A program made the translations under genes and the position numbers. A stretch of 63,444 bases of DNA, counting the filler, from Platydemus manokwari (Eukaryota): assembly GCA_037951405.1 (NCBI GenBank). It is 6 parts of 6 records of this genome, joined end to end, with 100 filler letters (N's around TTAATTAATTAA, not from the genome) between each part and the next. Parts side by side here need not be neighbours in the genome. Positions count along the whole stretch, not along the records: positions 40,975 to 50,004 come from JBBMOY011311539.1; positions 50,105 to 63,444 come from JBBMOY011754729.1; 4 more parts are not named here. The stretch is one strand, 5' to 3'. Position 1 is the first letter of the stretch, and each line of letters starts with the position of its first letter. The notes beneath the pieces were generated by a model. It saw nothing but the letters and a program-made list of their open reading frames with translations. It searched no databases and was not told the DNA's origin. This document shows, piece by piece, positions 41,442-51,450 of the stretch.

Positions 41442-42350
41442 ATGTTGCAATTTTATCTCAGTCGATCAAGTGTCAATCTAGCATTCTTTATTGTAAGATG
41501 CATTTTATTACTCATATTTGCTATTCTAAATGTGGCTGTGTTATTATTCCTCAGAAAGCATCGAATCGCCTCATCGAATGCTACATTTGTTATTAAAATT
41601 CAAACATATTTCGATTTAATTATGATTATCTTGGTACCAATTTACAATTTCTCTGTAAATCAATATGGTCAAATTTATCATTTCAAGATAATCTACTGCA
41701 TCTTTTTTGAAGAAAAAATTTTCTTCCGGTTTTGCACAATATGTAGTCTTAATTTCATGATTTTGTTATCTATAGATAGGCTTATATGTATTGTGCTACC
41801 AATGCGCTACAAATCCATATCAAGAAAGAAAATTTACATAGCCATTATCATAGTGATGATAGTAAGTTTTCTTTTAGAAACTAATAATCTCAGAATTCTG
41901 GGAATACATTTTCTCATCAGAAATGGTAGTGCAGATTTCGTTGGATGTTCTATAATTTATTCAGAAATCTACTTTTATGTAGAAGCCATACTTGGTGCAA
42001 TGATGCCATTTGTTATTTTAACAGCTTTAAATGTAACGTCTACTGTAATGTTGATGAGAGCAATTCGTAGACGTGTTCATCTATTTGGTACTACTCGGAA
42101 CTGTTTGCATAACAGCTTAACAATACGGTTTTCGCTGTCCAATATTATGTCAATTTTCTGTTATGGATTCATTTTACTGTTTATATCTACGTTTTCTATT
42201 ATTATTATCATTACAGAAAATAATCAGCTGTTCCTCTTTTATGACTACAACAATAAGTTTATATTTGTGTGTCTGACCCCAGTGAATCCAATCATATACA
42301 TGGTTCTGTTCAAGAAGTTTCGAAGGTTTATCATTTGTAAATTAGTTTAG
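41442..42350 (+). CDS. Intronless orphan rhodopsin-like 7TM GPCR (paralog 1)
   Basis: 302 aa from ATG 41442. Seven hydrophobic segments, TM1 Asn (ILNV), TM2 Asp (FDL), SIDRLICIVLPMRY (DRY-like), TM5 Pro and NPIIY (NPxxY). Confidence 0.92.
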   Translation: MLQFYLSRSSVNLAFFIVRCILLLIFAILNVAVLLFLRKHRIASSNATFVIKIQTYFDLIMIILVPIYNFSVNQYGQIYHFKIIYCIFFEEKIFFRFCTICSLNFMILLSIDRLICIVLPMRYKSISRKKIYIAIIIVMIVSFLLETNNLRILGIHFLIRNGSADFVGCSIIYSEIYFYVEAILGAMMPFVILTALNVTSTVMLMRAIRRRVHLFGTTRNCLHNSLTIRFSLSNIMSIFCYGFILLFISTFSIIIIITENNQLFLFYDYNNKFIFVCLTPVNPIIYMVLFKKFRRFIICKLV

Positions 42351-42832
42351 AAAACCATGTTAGATAACCACTCAAAATTCATTCTTAGTGTACACAAAGT
42401 GATATATTAAACATTAATTTGATAAATATTAAAGCAGAAATAAAAAGCTGTGAATTAACTATTTTATTATTATATTTATAAAGATAATTATTCTCATTGA
42501 ACTGTGTTTAAAATTTAAGCTATATTTTTGTAAGCGCGGCTGAACAAAGCCTGCCATATTTCAAATAGTTATGTGAATAAATCTATAAAATTGTGCTCAT
42601 ATTGTTTTCTAAAATACAATAATTGAAGCCCTTTCTTAAGGGAATCATTTTGAAATTAATAATTTATCATATTAATATTTATTTCAAAGAACCTGAATGA
42701 AGATAAATTTTATTATTAATTTTATATAATATTATTTATATTATACAGGTCATTTCTAAATATTTCTGTAATGTTAATATGGATACGGATAAATTTAATT
42801 TATAAAATTTGAAATAGAATTAATTTCAGTAC

Positions 42833-43012
42833 AGATGTTGGACTGGTTGTTGATAAATCTCTATCAGTATCAAACAATCGTAATTAATTTTATAAAGATA
42901 AATATAAATATTTAAATAACTTGAAATCGATTGGATTTCATTAAAGATGTTGGATTGGTTGTTGATAAATTCTTAATTAATTCAAGGTAAATATAAATAT
43001 TTAAATAACTTT
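42833..43012. repeat. Two-copy ~112-bp tandem duplication
   Basis: agatgttgga(c/t)tggttgttgataaat and taaatataaatatttaaataactt each occur twice (units start at 42833 and 42945). Confidence 0.8.
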
Positions 43013-43181
43013 GATAAGAACAATCAATTTTTTAGATTTTAAAAAATGACAAATAAACATTTAAAATATATTTTTCATTTTCAGTAAAATATATTATAAT
43101 TAATCGATTTTCATAATATACTTAAATTATTAATTAAATTAAAAATTAAATTAAATTAAAAATTATTCGATTATGAGCTTC

Positions 43182-43830
43182 AGATTGCTCCTCATGGTGC
43201 ATGTCTAAACAAAATTGTTGAGTGTCTCCGTTAAAAGGACATCATTGAAAGGTCAGCCAAATGTGTTCTCTATTACCAAATGGGAAATAACGTATCGATT
43301 TGATGATAACCAATGCGGAGAAGAAAAATAAATTTCTTATAGACATGAAATGTCCAATTAATACGTTGAAAAACTTTGAGGAATCGAAAAAAACAATATA
43401 ACTCACTATATTGATTTTAGAAACGAGATAGCCAAACTGAAACCAGACTTCAATATTGAGCTCTTAAGCTGCATTATAGGATCTCTTAATACAGTCCGGG
43501 TCTCAACTGAAGAAATTTTGGCAAAAATTAGAGTGCAAAAGACAAAAATCTGAAACCTGGTCAGAGAACGCGCAATAGGAAACATTGAACACTCAGCAAA
43601 AATATGGAATTTTCACTCAACTGATGTTCTGAGATATTTCATCTAATCAATAAAACATTCAAAACTGTTCCAATCCAAAGAGAGCCGAGATGGATGAAAG
43701 AAGAAAGCAACATTGTAACAGGCAATGTCTTTACTGGGCCTATGACGTCACAAATCAAAAGCTAATAGACCCAAGCAGGTCAAAATCCATCATAGAAAAA
43801 TTAACCAAAGCTTCATTTAAATAAATCTTA
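43182..43830 (+). mobile_element. 5'-truncated RLE non-LTR retrotransposon 3' end with long TSD
   Basis: Endonuclease motifs HGACLNKI, RIDLMI, LIDMKCP, IIGSL and SAKIWNFH, then a 3' UTR. Flanked by a 28-bp direct repeat aattaaaaattattcgattatgagcttc (43154-43181 and 43866-43893). Confidence 0.87.
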
Positions 43831-45337
43831 TGTCACATGATTTTGATAATAAACTTAAATTATTTAATTAAAAATTATTCGATTATGAGCTTCTCCACTT
43901 GGACATGAAATTTCTTCTATATGTATAAGGCTATCCGGAAATGCAGTATACCAGTGATGCGTCATTAATATAACCAAAACAATTAAATCAATCGTTTGTC
44001 TTGAATTGAGTTAGGTTAAGCTGTATACGCTCTACTGCAACATAATTTGTATAGAAATATGCAAAATTTATGTTTTTGGGTTTGCTATTAATTTGGAATT
44101 TTCTATGGGAGTTTCTTTTCATTATTTATTTTGGTTTTTATTAAAAAGCTTTTTGATAATAGGTTTTTTGCGCAGTTCGTTGTTTCTTCTTACAACAAAA
44201 GGTTTTCCAAAATGGTATTTTATTTACTTTTTACTTAACCTAAAGAAGACTTAAAAATTTTATCACGGCATCATCTGTAATAGTTTTTTTCGTAACACAT
44301 TAACTCAATGAAATGTTATAAATAAATAATACTTATTTATTTTTCATTTTCTCTTATGGTACTTCTGCGACTATGTTGGCATCTTTTTCCTACCATTGCA
44401 TCATATTACTAAAAATTTATTATTTTTAATAAAAGAAAATTTCAAAGTAATTTGTTGGAGTGATTTTAGAGATGATGATTATTTTCGCTAATTAGCTCAT
44501 TGATAAAATGAATTCTTAACAAGAAAGACGCATTAAATTTACAAAAGAACTTAAAGATTTATAAAAACTAAGATGTTGTGGCATAGAAGATGTTGAAGTA
44601 TAGCTCTAATAAATTTATTTTGTTTACATAGAAAGTAAAAACTTCTTGTTTACTGCCTTTGCAACAATGAATACACACTTCAATGTCTAATTCTAATGAT
44701 CCTTGTCAAAGAAATGATTTTGTTTAAGAATTTTCAAAAAATTATCATGTGTAAATAACAAAAAAACCAAACGTAAATTGTTAATTTCTGTAATTTTATT
44801 TTCGTTATTAAATTAAACGAAACACACTTTTGTAACTACTTTATATTTCATATATTTTTATAGAAACCTTTGAAATGGTTTCTTAATTACTATATTAATA
44901 TTCTTGTATTTCCAGAAATCGAAAGCGATGGTTTAACAATTTTAGACTTTAAATCTAAATGTGTATTTATTCTCATTGAACTGTATTGTATATGTTCGCT
45001 GTCTGTTAATAATAGTGGCTGAACAAAACTAGTCGTATTTTAAGTAGTTACTTAAATTAATAGTCTCCACTAAATTGTGTTCACATTGTTTCTAAATTAA
45101 CAATTGTTGCAGCCTATGTTAAGAGAATCATTTTGAAATTATTACTTAATAATATTAATATTAATCTCGCTGAAATTGAACAACCTTAAATGATCATGAC
45201 ATCAATAATGATAGTTATTGTTAATTTTTATTGTTAATATTTTGTGACATCAAAGAATTTCATTTAACAATTTGGACTGAATATGATTTCCCTAAACCAG
45301 TTGGATTAGTCGTTAGAATTTATATATTAATATAAAC

Positions 45338-46072
45338 CAGTGATTTCCAAAATCTTTGGGGGGTACCGCCCCCTTTTCAGAATAAATATCACTTAGTGTC
45401 CCCCAACTAACCCACACCAATTTTTTTAAACGTTTATTAGCAATTTATAAAAAGATTTTAATGTTACTAACTTTTTCATTAAATATATTAAAAGATACAC
45501 AAATAAAGTATAAACAATGCATTTTGAAAGTAAGAACATATTTATTACACATAGAATAGATTTTAATACAAAAACTCGAAATTATGTTAATGATAAGGAT
45601 GAACCTAGTGTGCTGCTACCAATTTTGTAACACTAGGCTCTACTTTCGTCAGAAGTAACCTTAAATCACCCCGATTGACTATCTGCAATCGGTTTCTGTT
45701 TTAGTTAACAAATTGGCTACCGCACTGAAACCACACTCTACCAGATATGATGAAAGAAATCCAATGAGGAACTTTTGAACTACAGCCCATACTTCAGGAT
45801 AAACTGTAGAGATTTCCTTTTTTGTAACCAGAATTTTTGATTACTGCTTTTGAATTTAAATTTAAATTTGCGCGATTACACATACTTTAATAAAAATCAG
45901 TGAAAACGTACAGTACGTTGTTTAAAGACAAATATAGCGTTTTGAGCAAACGAGATACATCAGAATTTTTAATAATCATTTTCTTACATTCTTATAGAAT
46001 TATCGCCCCCAAATGAGCTTGTATTACCACCGACTCTCTGGATCTTTGCAGCACCCACTTTGGGAATCACCG
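45338..46072 (-). mobile_element. Non-autonomous hAT (Buster/SCAND3-like) element
   Basis: TIRs cagtgatttccaaa / tttgggaatcaccg and a perfect 8-bp TSD atataaac. Minus-strand SSYLVECGFSAVANLLTK..RNRLQIVNRGDLRLLLTKVEP dimerization domain. Confidence 0.92.
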
Positions 46073-47000
46073 ATATAAACAATCGCAATACACGTTATTA
46101 ACATAAATATAAACATATAAATTTCCTTTAATAACACAAATCATTTATGAAATTAGAAAACTTATAACTACTCACTAATAAACATTAAAAATTCAAATTT
46201 TACTTCAGATAGAATATGATAGTTGAATGATTCTGATAATTCAATGAAATTATTCGGTTCACATCGATAATTCAATCAATATATAATTATTTATTAATAA
46301 AAATTAAAAACTATAATTTCATTTACTATAGAATAGAATGATAATGCCACAATAAGCATCTTCGAATATATATTAGTCATAAACATTTGATAAGTTTTTG
46401 CATTAATAGACTTTAATTTTCGATTATAACTGTTAATTGATAGTATGGGCGGAATTAACTGTGAGCTATTAGTTGATTAATGTTGAAGGCAAATTAGATA
46501 ACTAGTTTTGCTTAATTGAAATTATTTGAACTCAACTTCTGATTGAGATAGTGCAAAACTTTTCAATTCTATTTTAATATATAATATTTAAATAAATAAA
46601 TAAATATTTCAAAGAAGACACACAATGATTTGGAAAAACATATTCAAATAGAATTATCAATTTTAGACGTGTTGGATATACAATTTATACAATTATTATA
46701 CAAAAATGACTGTTCTTCGGAAATAAAACCATTAAAGAATGTCTTTCAAATGGCGGAGCTTCCATTAGTAAAATGAAAGAGAAGAGATGTGATTTTTTGG
46801 TTCATAGTAATTTTAGGCGGTTAGTATCACCTTGTGAAAACCATTTGGTCTGAGCTAAAGATGATCATCAAATTGCATTTGAAAATATTATTTGCAGTTA
46901 AAATTTTAAATGCCAATTATAAATTTTCCAATTATCAATATTTTTAAAGCCACATGAAATTTAATCTGAATTTATGACGCTCACTCGAACATGAAAATCC

Positions 47001-47905
47001 TACAGTTATGTAGAAAGACCTATGTGTATTAAGACATATCTTATTTGCAAAATAATTCAGTCTAAAATCCAGGGGGTCTTAATTGGTGTAGTTAGAAACT
47101 TGGATCACTGGATCAATCATTAATGCATGTGATTAGCTAGCTTTCTACCGATATTCAGCTGCTTGATGATGCTACACAAAAAAGTGATATTTCATCTAAC
47201 AAATTTGTCTGCAATTTTTTGATTTCCGTTAAATGGCTGAAAGGCGAAATTGCAATATTGAAAGATACCGGTTAAAAGTGGTTGAATTTGCTAAAATCAA
47301 TGAGAATAGAGCTGCAGAAGATGAATTTAGGCCACCATCTACTGAAATTATGATCAGAACATTGCGAAAACAAAAAGATCATTTCAAGAAGATGCCTAAA
47401 GTGAATCGATATTTGCGAAAACATGGAGTAAAGTGGCCAAGGGTTGAAGAGGAATTGAAAAATTTGTAGCAGCATTGTAGTCTCAACCAAGATGGTCATG
47501 CAGGAGGCTAAGAAAATTACACAAGCTCAAGATATCGCTGAATTTTAGGGAGGTCCAGTTTGTAGCTACAGATTTAGAAAACGTTATGGTTTGCCAATAA
47601 GAATAAGAACAAAGTTAATCCAACGAATGCCTTAATTCTATAAAGAAAAAGTCCTATCTTTTCACAAATTTGTCATCAATACCGGGTAACAGCTTACCTA
47701 TGAATTGTCACAGATAGGCAATATGAATGAAACGCCTCTGAATTTTGATTGTCCAGATAATCACACAATTAATGAGAAAGAAGCCAAGACAATTAGAATT
47801 CGTACAACTGGTCATGAAAAAAGTCATTTTACTTGTGTTTTGACCTGTATAGCTGATGACACCAAGTTGCCTGCACTATTAATTTTGAAACGTATAACCT
47901 TACTT
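47001..47905 (+). mobile_element. Degenerate pogo (POGK-like) transposon 5' half
   Basis: BrkDBD-like RLKVVEFAKINENRAA...KWPRVEEEL, a CENP-B HTH remnant, and the DDE start IGNMNETPLNFD...TTGHEKSHFTCVLTCIADDTKLP. Truncated at a mariner fragment. Confidence 0.9.
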
Positions 47906-47908
47906 AAG

Positions 47909-48153
47909 CTGAATGACCATTTCCCAAGTAGATAGTCTTGATTGAAAGTTTAAAATCATATTCTGCAGAAATAGTAAGTATGTCTCAGCCTTGATGATTC
48001 CACCATCGTGAAGAATTTTGAAATACGTGAGTGATTTCGCATAGTTGCTGGTAAAAATAATCATAGTTTTGCGATCAGATATTGTCCGCCTACCTATAGT
48101 TGTACGGTCGCTTGTGCTATCCATCCAAACACAGTTGCATTCCTTTGGTGGTA
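47909..48153 (-). mobile_element. Internal mariner fragment, same family as 8430-9412
   Basis: Clear nucleotide and protein similarity to 8740-8995 (RRTISDRKTMIIFTSNYAKSLTYFKILHDGG vs RRTIYNRKVLIIISSNYAKSFTYFEILHYGG). Confidence 0.9.
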
Positions 48154-48971
48154 CGTCTCGAAGACTACCATATAATTTTCATACATTTCTGAACTTTTTA
48201 CACTGCAGTATGGAGTATCCAAAAGTTGAACTTCTTGTAATGGCGCAATTTGTTTTACTGACAAAGTCTTAACTAGTGGTTTTAAATGAAAGTGAACAAT
48301 CTTATTGGACGGTTCTATAAAATTGTTTAGTATACTAAGGAATATTGTTGAAAAAGATTTCATGACCTCTTAGTTATTACCAAGGATTGTCGTTATTTGA
48401 CACATATCGGTATGGCCTAGCTTCATTGTTTCGGTTTATTGCCAATCTAAGTATTTTAAGAATTTTAATAAAATCCTTGTTTTACATCTTCTATTGTCTG
48501 TGAAATTTTGAAAATTTTGTCAAATTTTCTATTAAATAGTGCTTTTTAATAAAGATAAGCATATTTTCATCACGTTTTTTAAATAAATTAAATTTTATAG
48601 ATATTCTGTGTGCGAATATCGAATAAGTACAAATGCTTGAAAATCTCCGAAGTTTAGTTACCAAACAATCTGATTACCAATTATTCTAAACATTAAACAC
48701 AATATTTCCACAAATTAGAAAAATTTCGATTTATTCAATGTCAGATATGCATGCGGTATTTCATTGAAATTGCTATTTCATTTAATGAGAGCTTCAATTT
48801 AAAAATTGAATACAAAATATAAAATCTGTCCAATCACAGAGGTTGAATATTTTAAAATGTTTTTCTATCAAATTGACAGTAAATCACGAGGATAAACTAA
48901 CATGTTTTCTCTAAGGAACTGATTAGAATTAACAACTCTTCAAGTTTTTCAATCTATTTAGAAAAACATCA

Positions 48972-49886
48972 ATGCTGAAATTAAATCTGCAATACCCAGG
49001 TGACAGTCTACCATTCTTTATTGTGAGATGTATTTTATTACCAATATTTGCTATTTTAAATGTTGCTGTGTTGTTATTCCTCAGAAAGCATCGAATCGCA
49101 TCACCTAATGCTATTCTACTCATTAAAATTCAAACGTGTTTCGATTTAGTGATGATTTTCTTTCTACCGCTTTACAATTTCAGTTTAAATAAACCTGTGT
49201 TCAATAATGATTTTATGTTGTTTTGCTGCATATTTATTCAAGAAAAAACCTTTTTCCGGTTTTGCGCAATATGCAGTCTCAATTTCATGATTTTGTTATC
49301 TCTAGATAGATTTGTATGCATTGTGCTACCAATGCGATATAAATCAATATCAAGAAAGAAACTTTACATAGCCATTTTCGTGGTGATGATAGCAAGTTTG
49401 ATTTTAGAAATTAATAATATCAATACTTTGAAAATACATTATGGAAACATATTTATAAATAGAAGTGCAAATATCATTCGTTGTGGAATAGATTATACAG
49501 AAGTCTACATTCTCGTAGATGCCATATTTGGCTTAATAATACCATTTATTGTTTTAACAGCTTTCAATATGACATCTACTATTGTCTTATTGAGAGCTAT
49601 CCGAAATCGTGTTCATCTACTTGGCACCACTCAGAAATGTTTAAAGAACAACTTATCAATTCGATATTCATTGTCTAATTTCATCTCAACCTTCTGTTAT
49701 GGATTCATACTGCTATTAATAGCAATTTTCTCGATCATTTGCTTAATAAGCATGAATCAAAAGCTGCGCAATTATTATCACTTCAACAATAAATATGCAT
49801 TCGTATGTCTGACTCTAGTGAATCCAATCATATACATGATTATGTTCCAGAATTTTCGTAAATATTTTATTTACACGTTACAATAA
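48972..49886 (+). CDS. Intronless orphan rhodopsin-like 7TM GPCR (paralog 2)
   Basis: 304 aa, colinear with 41442-42350 (FFIVRCILL, FLRKHRIAS, SLDRFVCIVLPMRYKSISRKK, NPIIY). Confidence 0.92.
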   Translation: MLKLNLQYPGDSLPFFIVRCILLPIFAILNVAVLLFLRKHRIASPNAILLIKIQTCFDLVMIFFLPLYNFSLNKPVFNNDFMLFCCIFIQEKTFFRFCAICSLNFMILLSLDRFVCIVLPMRYKSISRKKLYIAIFVVMIASLILEINNINTLKIHYGNIFINRSANIIRCGIDYTEVYILVDAIFGLIIPFIVLTAFNMTSTIVLLRAIRNRVHLLGTTQKCLKNNLSIRYSLSNFISTFCYGFILLLIAIFSIICLISMNQKLRNYYHFNNKYAFVCLTLVNPIIYMIMFQNFRKYFIYTLQ

Positions 49887-50004
49887 AAACTTTCAATATC
49901 ATTTCAATCTGAATTATAAGAATATTTTGAATTATTTTTTGAACGCCAAAGGTATTTTATTCTCATTTAATATTTAACCTGTATTGTAACAATTAAAAAA
50001 AAGT

Positions 50005-50104
50005 NNNNNNNNNNNNNNNNNNNNNNNNNNNNNNNNNNNNNNNNNNNNTTAATTAATTAANNNNNNNNNNNNNNNNNNNNNNNNNNNNNNNNNNNNNNNN
50101 NNNN
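50005..50104. other. Artificial contig spacer
   Basis: 44N-TTAATTAATTAA-44N. Confidence 0.97.
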
Positions 50105-50122
50105 ATTACTATTATGATTATG

Positions 50123-50163
<41 letters not shown>

Positions 50164-50239
50164 CATTATCATAATCATAATTATTATTACATTAATTATT
50201 ATTTCTTATAATATCTTAAGACCTATCAAATCATATTAA

Positions 50240-50279
<40 letters not shown>

Positions 50280-50280
50280 A
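50105..50280. repeat. (ATT)n microsatellites at contig start
   Basis: Two ATT runs. Confidence 0.9.
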
Positions 50281-50343
50281 ATAATAATATTCACAAAATT
50301 AATTAAATCAAATCACAACTTAAACAAACCACATCAAATTAAT

Positions 50344-51450
50344 TTTTCATATTATTCAAAGGATATTATTGCATGAGGATACGCTCAAATTTCATAAATA
50401 ATACTGATCGAATATTGATTACTTGATCTATGAAAACATCTTATTGTTATTACATTCTTGTTTTAGCCCAAACGATTTAAAGCAGTGTCGTGAAGATAAA
50501 TATTTGGAACATTGTATTTGATGTTCTTAACAGCTCGCATTACAGCAACACGTGATTTTGGTTATCACGAACTTTATTAATGAATTTATCAAAAGCGATA
50601 TTGGAGTCACTTAATCTAACACTGACTTGGTGTGTGTAATTCGCTTATACGAAAATACGAGCGGTTTTCTCGCTCTTTGCTTAGCCATTTCATGGTAAAC
50701 AGTGGGTTATCAAGATATAAGTTGCACTATATGTTTCCAGCGAGAAGGGAATGTGAAGATGATGATAAAAATTCATCGATAATATCAAGTGGCTGGCTGT
50801 CAGATCTTGTGTTTATGGGTTATCTCCAGATCCTGTTTGCCATCAATCACTGAGTATGCTCGTTTGACAACACGCATCATTCATCGATGCATGAGAATGA
50901 TAAGCTACAATCTGAGGAGAAAATATACAATTTGATCTGGAATTCGCTATAGAGCCTAAACCAGCTCGCTGCTAATAGGTGTCGCACAAGATCGGCATTG
51001 AGTGAGCATTCCTCGACTCTTTCCAATTGATTTCCGGCGAGCTATTCTTTATCGAGAGCCTTAGAGCAGCCAATCTAGTTGGCGGTGGAAAACCCAGCTA
51101 CAATATCTTGCAATTGACAGACATACTCTGCTGGCCAATTGAGCAGACTGTCACAGCGGATGAGCCCTAATGCATCGGCATCGCGCCCTACTATTTAGAG
51201 AAATAGGAAGGCGCTGTGTGCCTTTTCTGAGGATGGGTGGTGCCGTTTCGTCCGCTGAGAGTTACAATCAAAAGCAGTTCCGTTCTCTAGCTAAGCCACT
51301 GTCGGTTTGGAATCCATTGTTCCACCAGCGGAAAACGCATCGAGATATCAGCTTCAGGTGGATATTGAATACTATTTTCTTACACACAAATGTAGAAAAT
51401 GTTCAATACTGACCTGAAAATTTTCCAGTACGGATATTATTCTGAAAATA
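50344..51450 (+). ncRNA. Candidate large structured non-coding RNA, 5' block (unknown family)
   Basis: GC-elevated, no credible ORF. Many nested helices with plus-strand G-U pairs, e.g. 51154-51163/51248-51257, 50963-50970/51036-51043, 51353-51418, 50665-50674/50739-50748 and 50628-50637/50870-50879. Folded by eye. Confidence 0.6.

Noticed and set aside
43900-44860. GPCR pseudogene body in front of the orphan 3' flank
   Set aside because: No recognisable GPCR motifs by eye; it appears to be unrelated decayed sequence.
9809-50060. Regularly spaced TTAATTAATTAA as a biological repeat or CRISPR-like array
   Set aside because: Always centred in 44-N blocks, so it is an assembly linker.
50620-50730. 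Group I intron P7/S element (aagatataagtt)
   Set aside because: The G-binding G-C pair would be G-U, and no P4/P6 core motifs are found.
51170-51412. 80-aa plus-strand ORF and other short ORFs at 50.6-54.5 kb
   Set aside because: No domain similarity. Their length is explained by locally higher GC.
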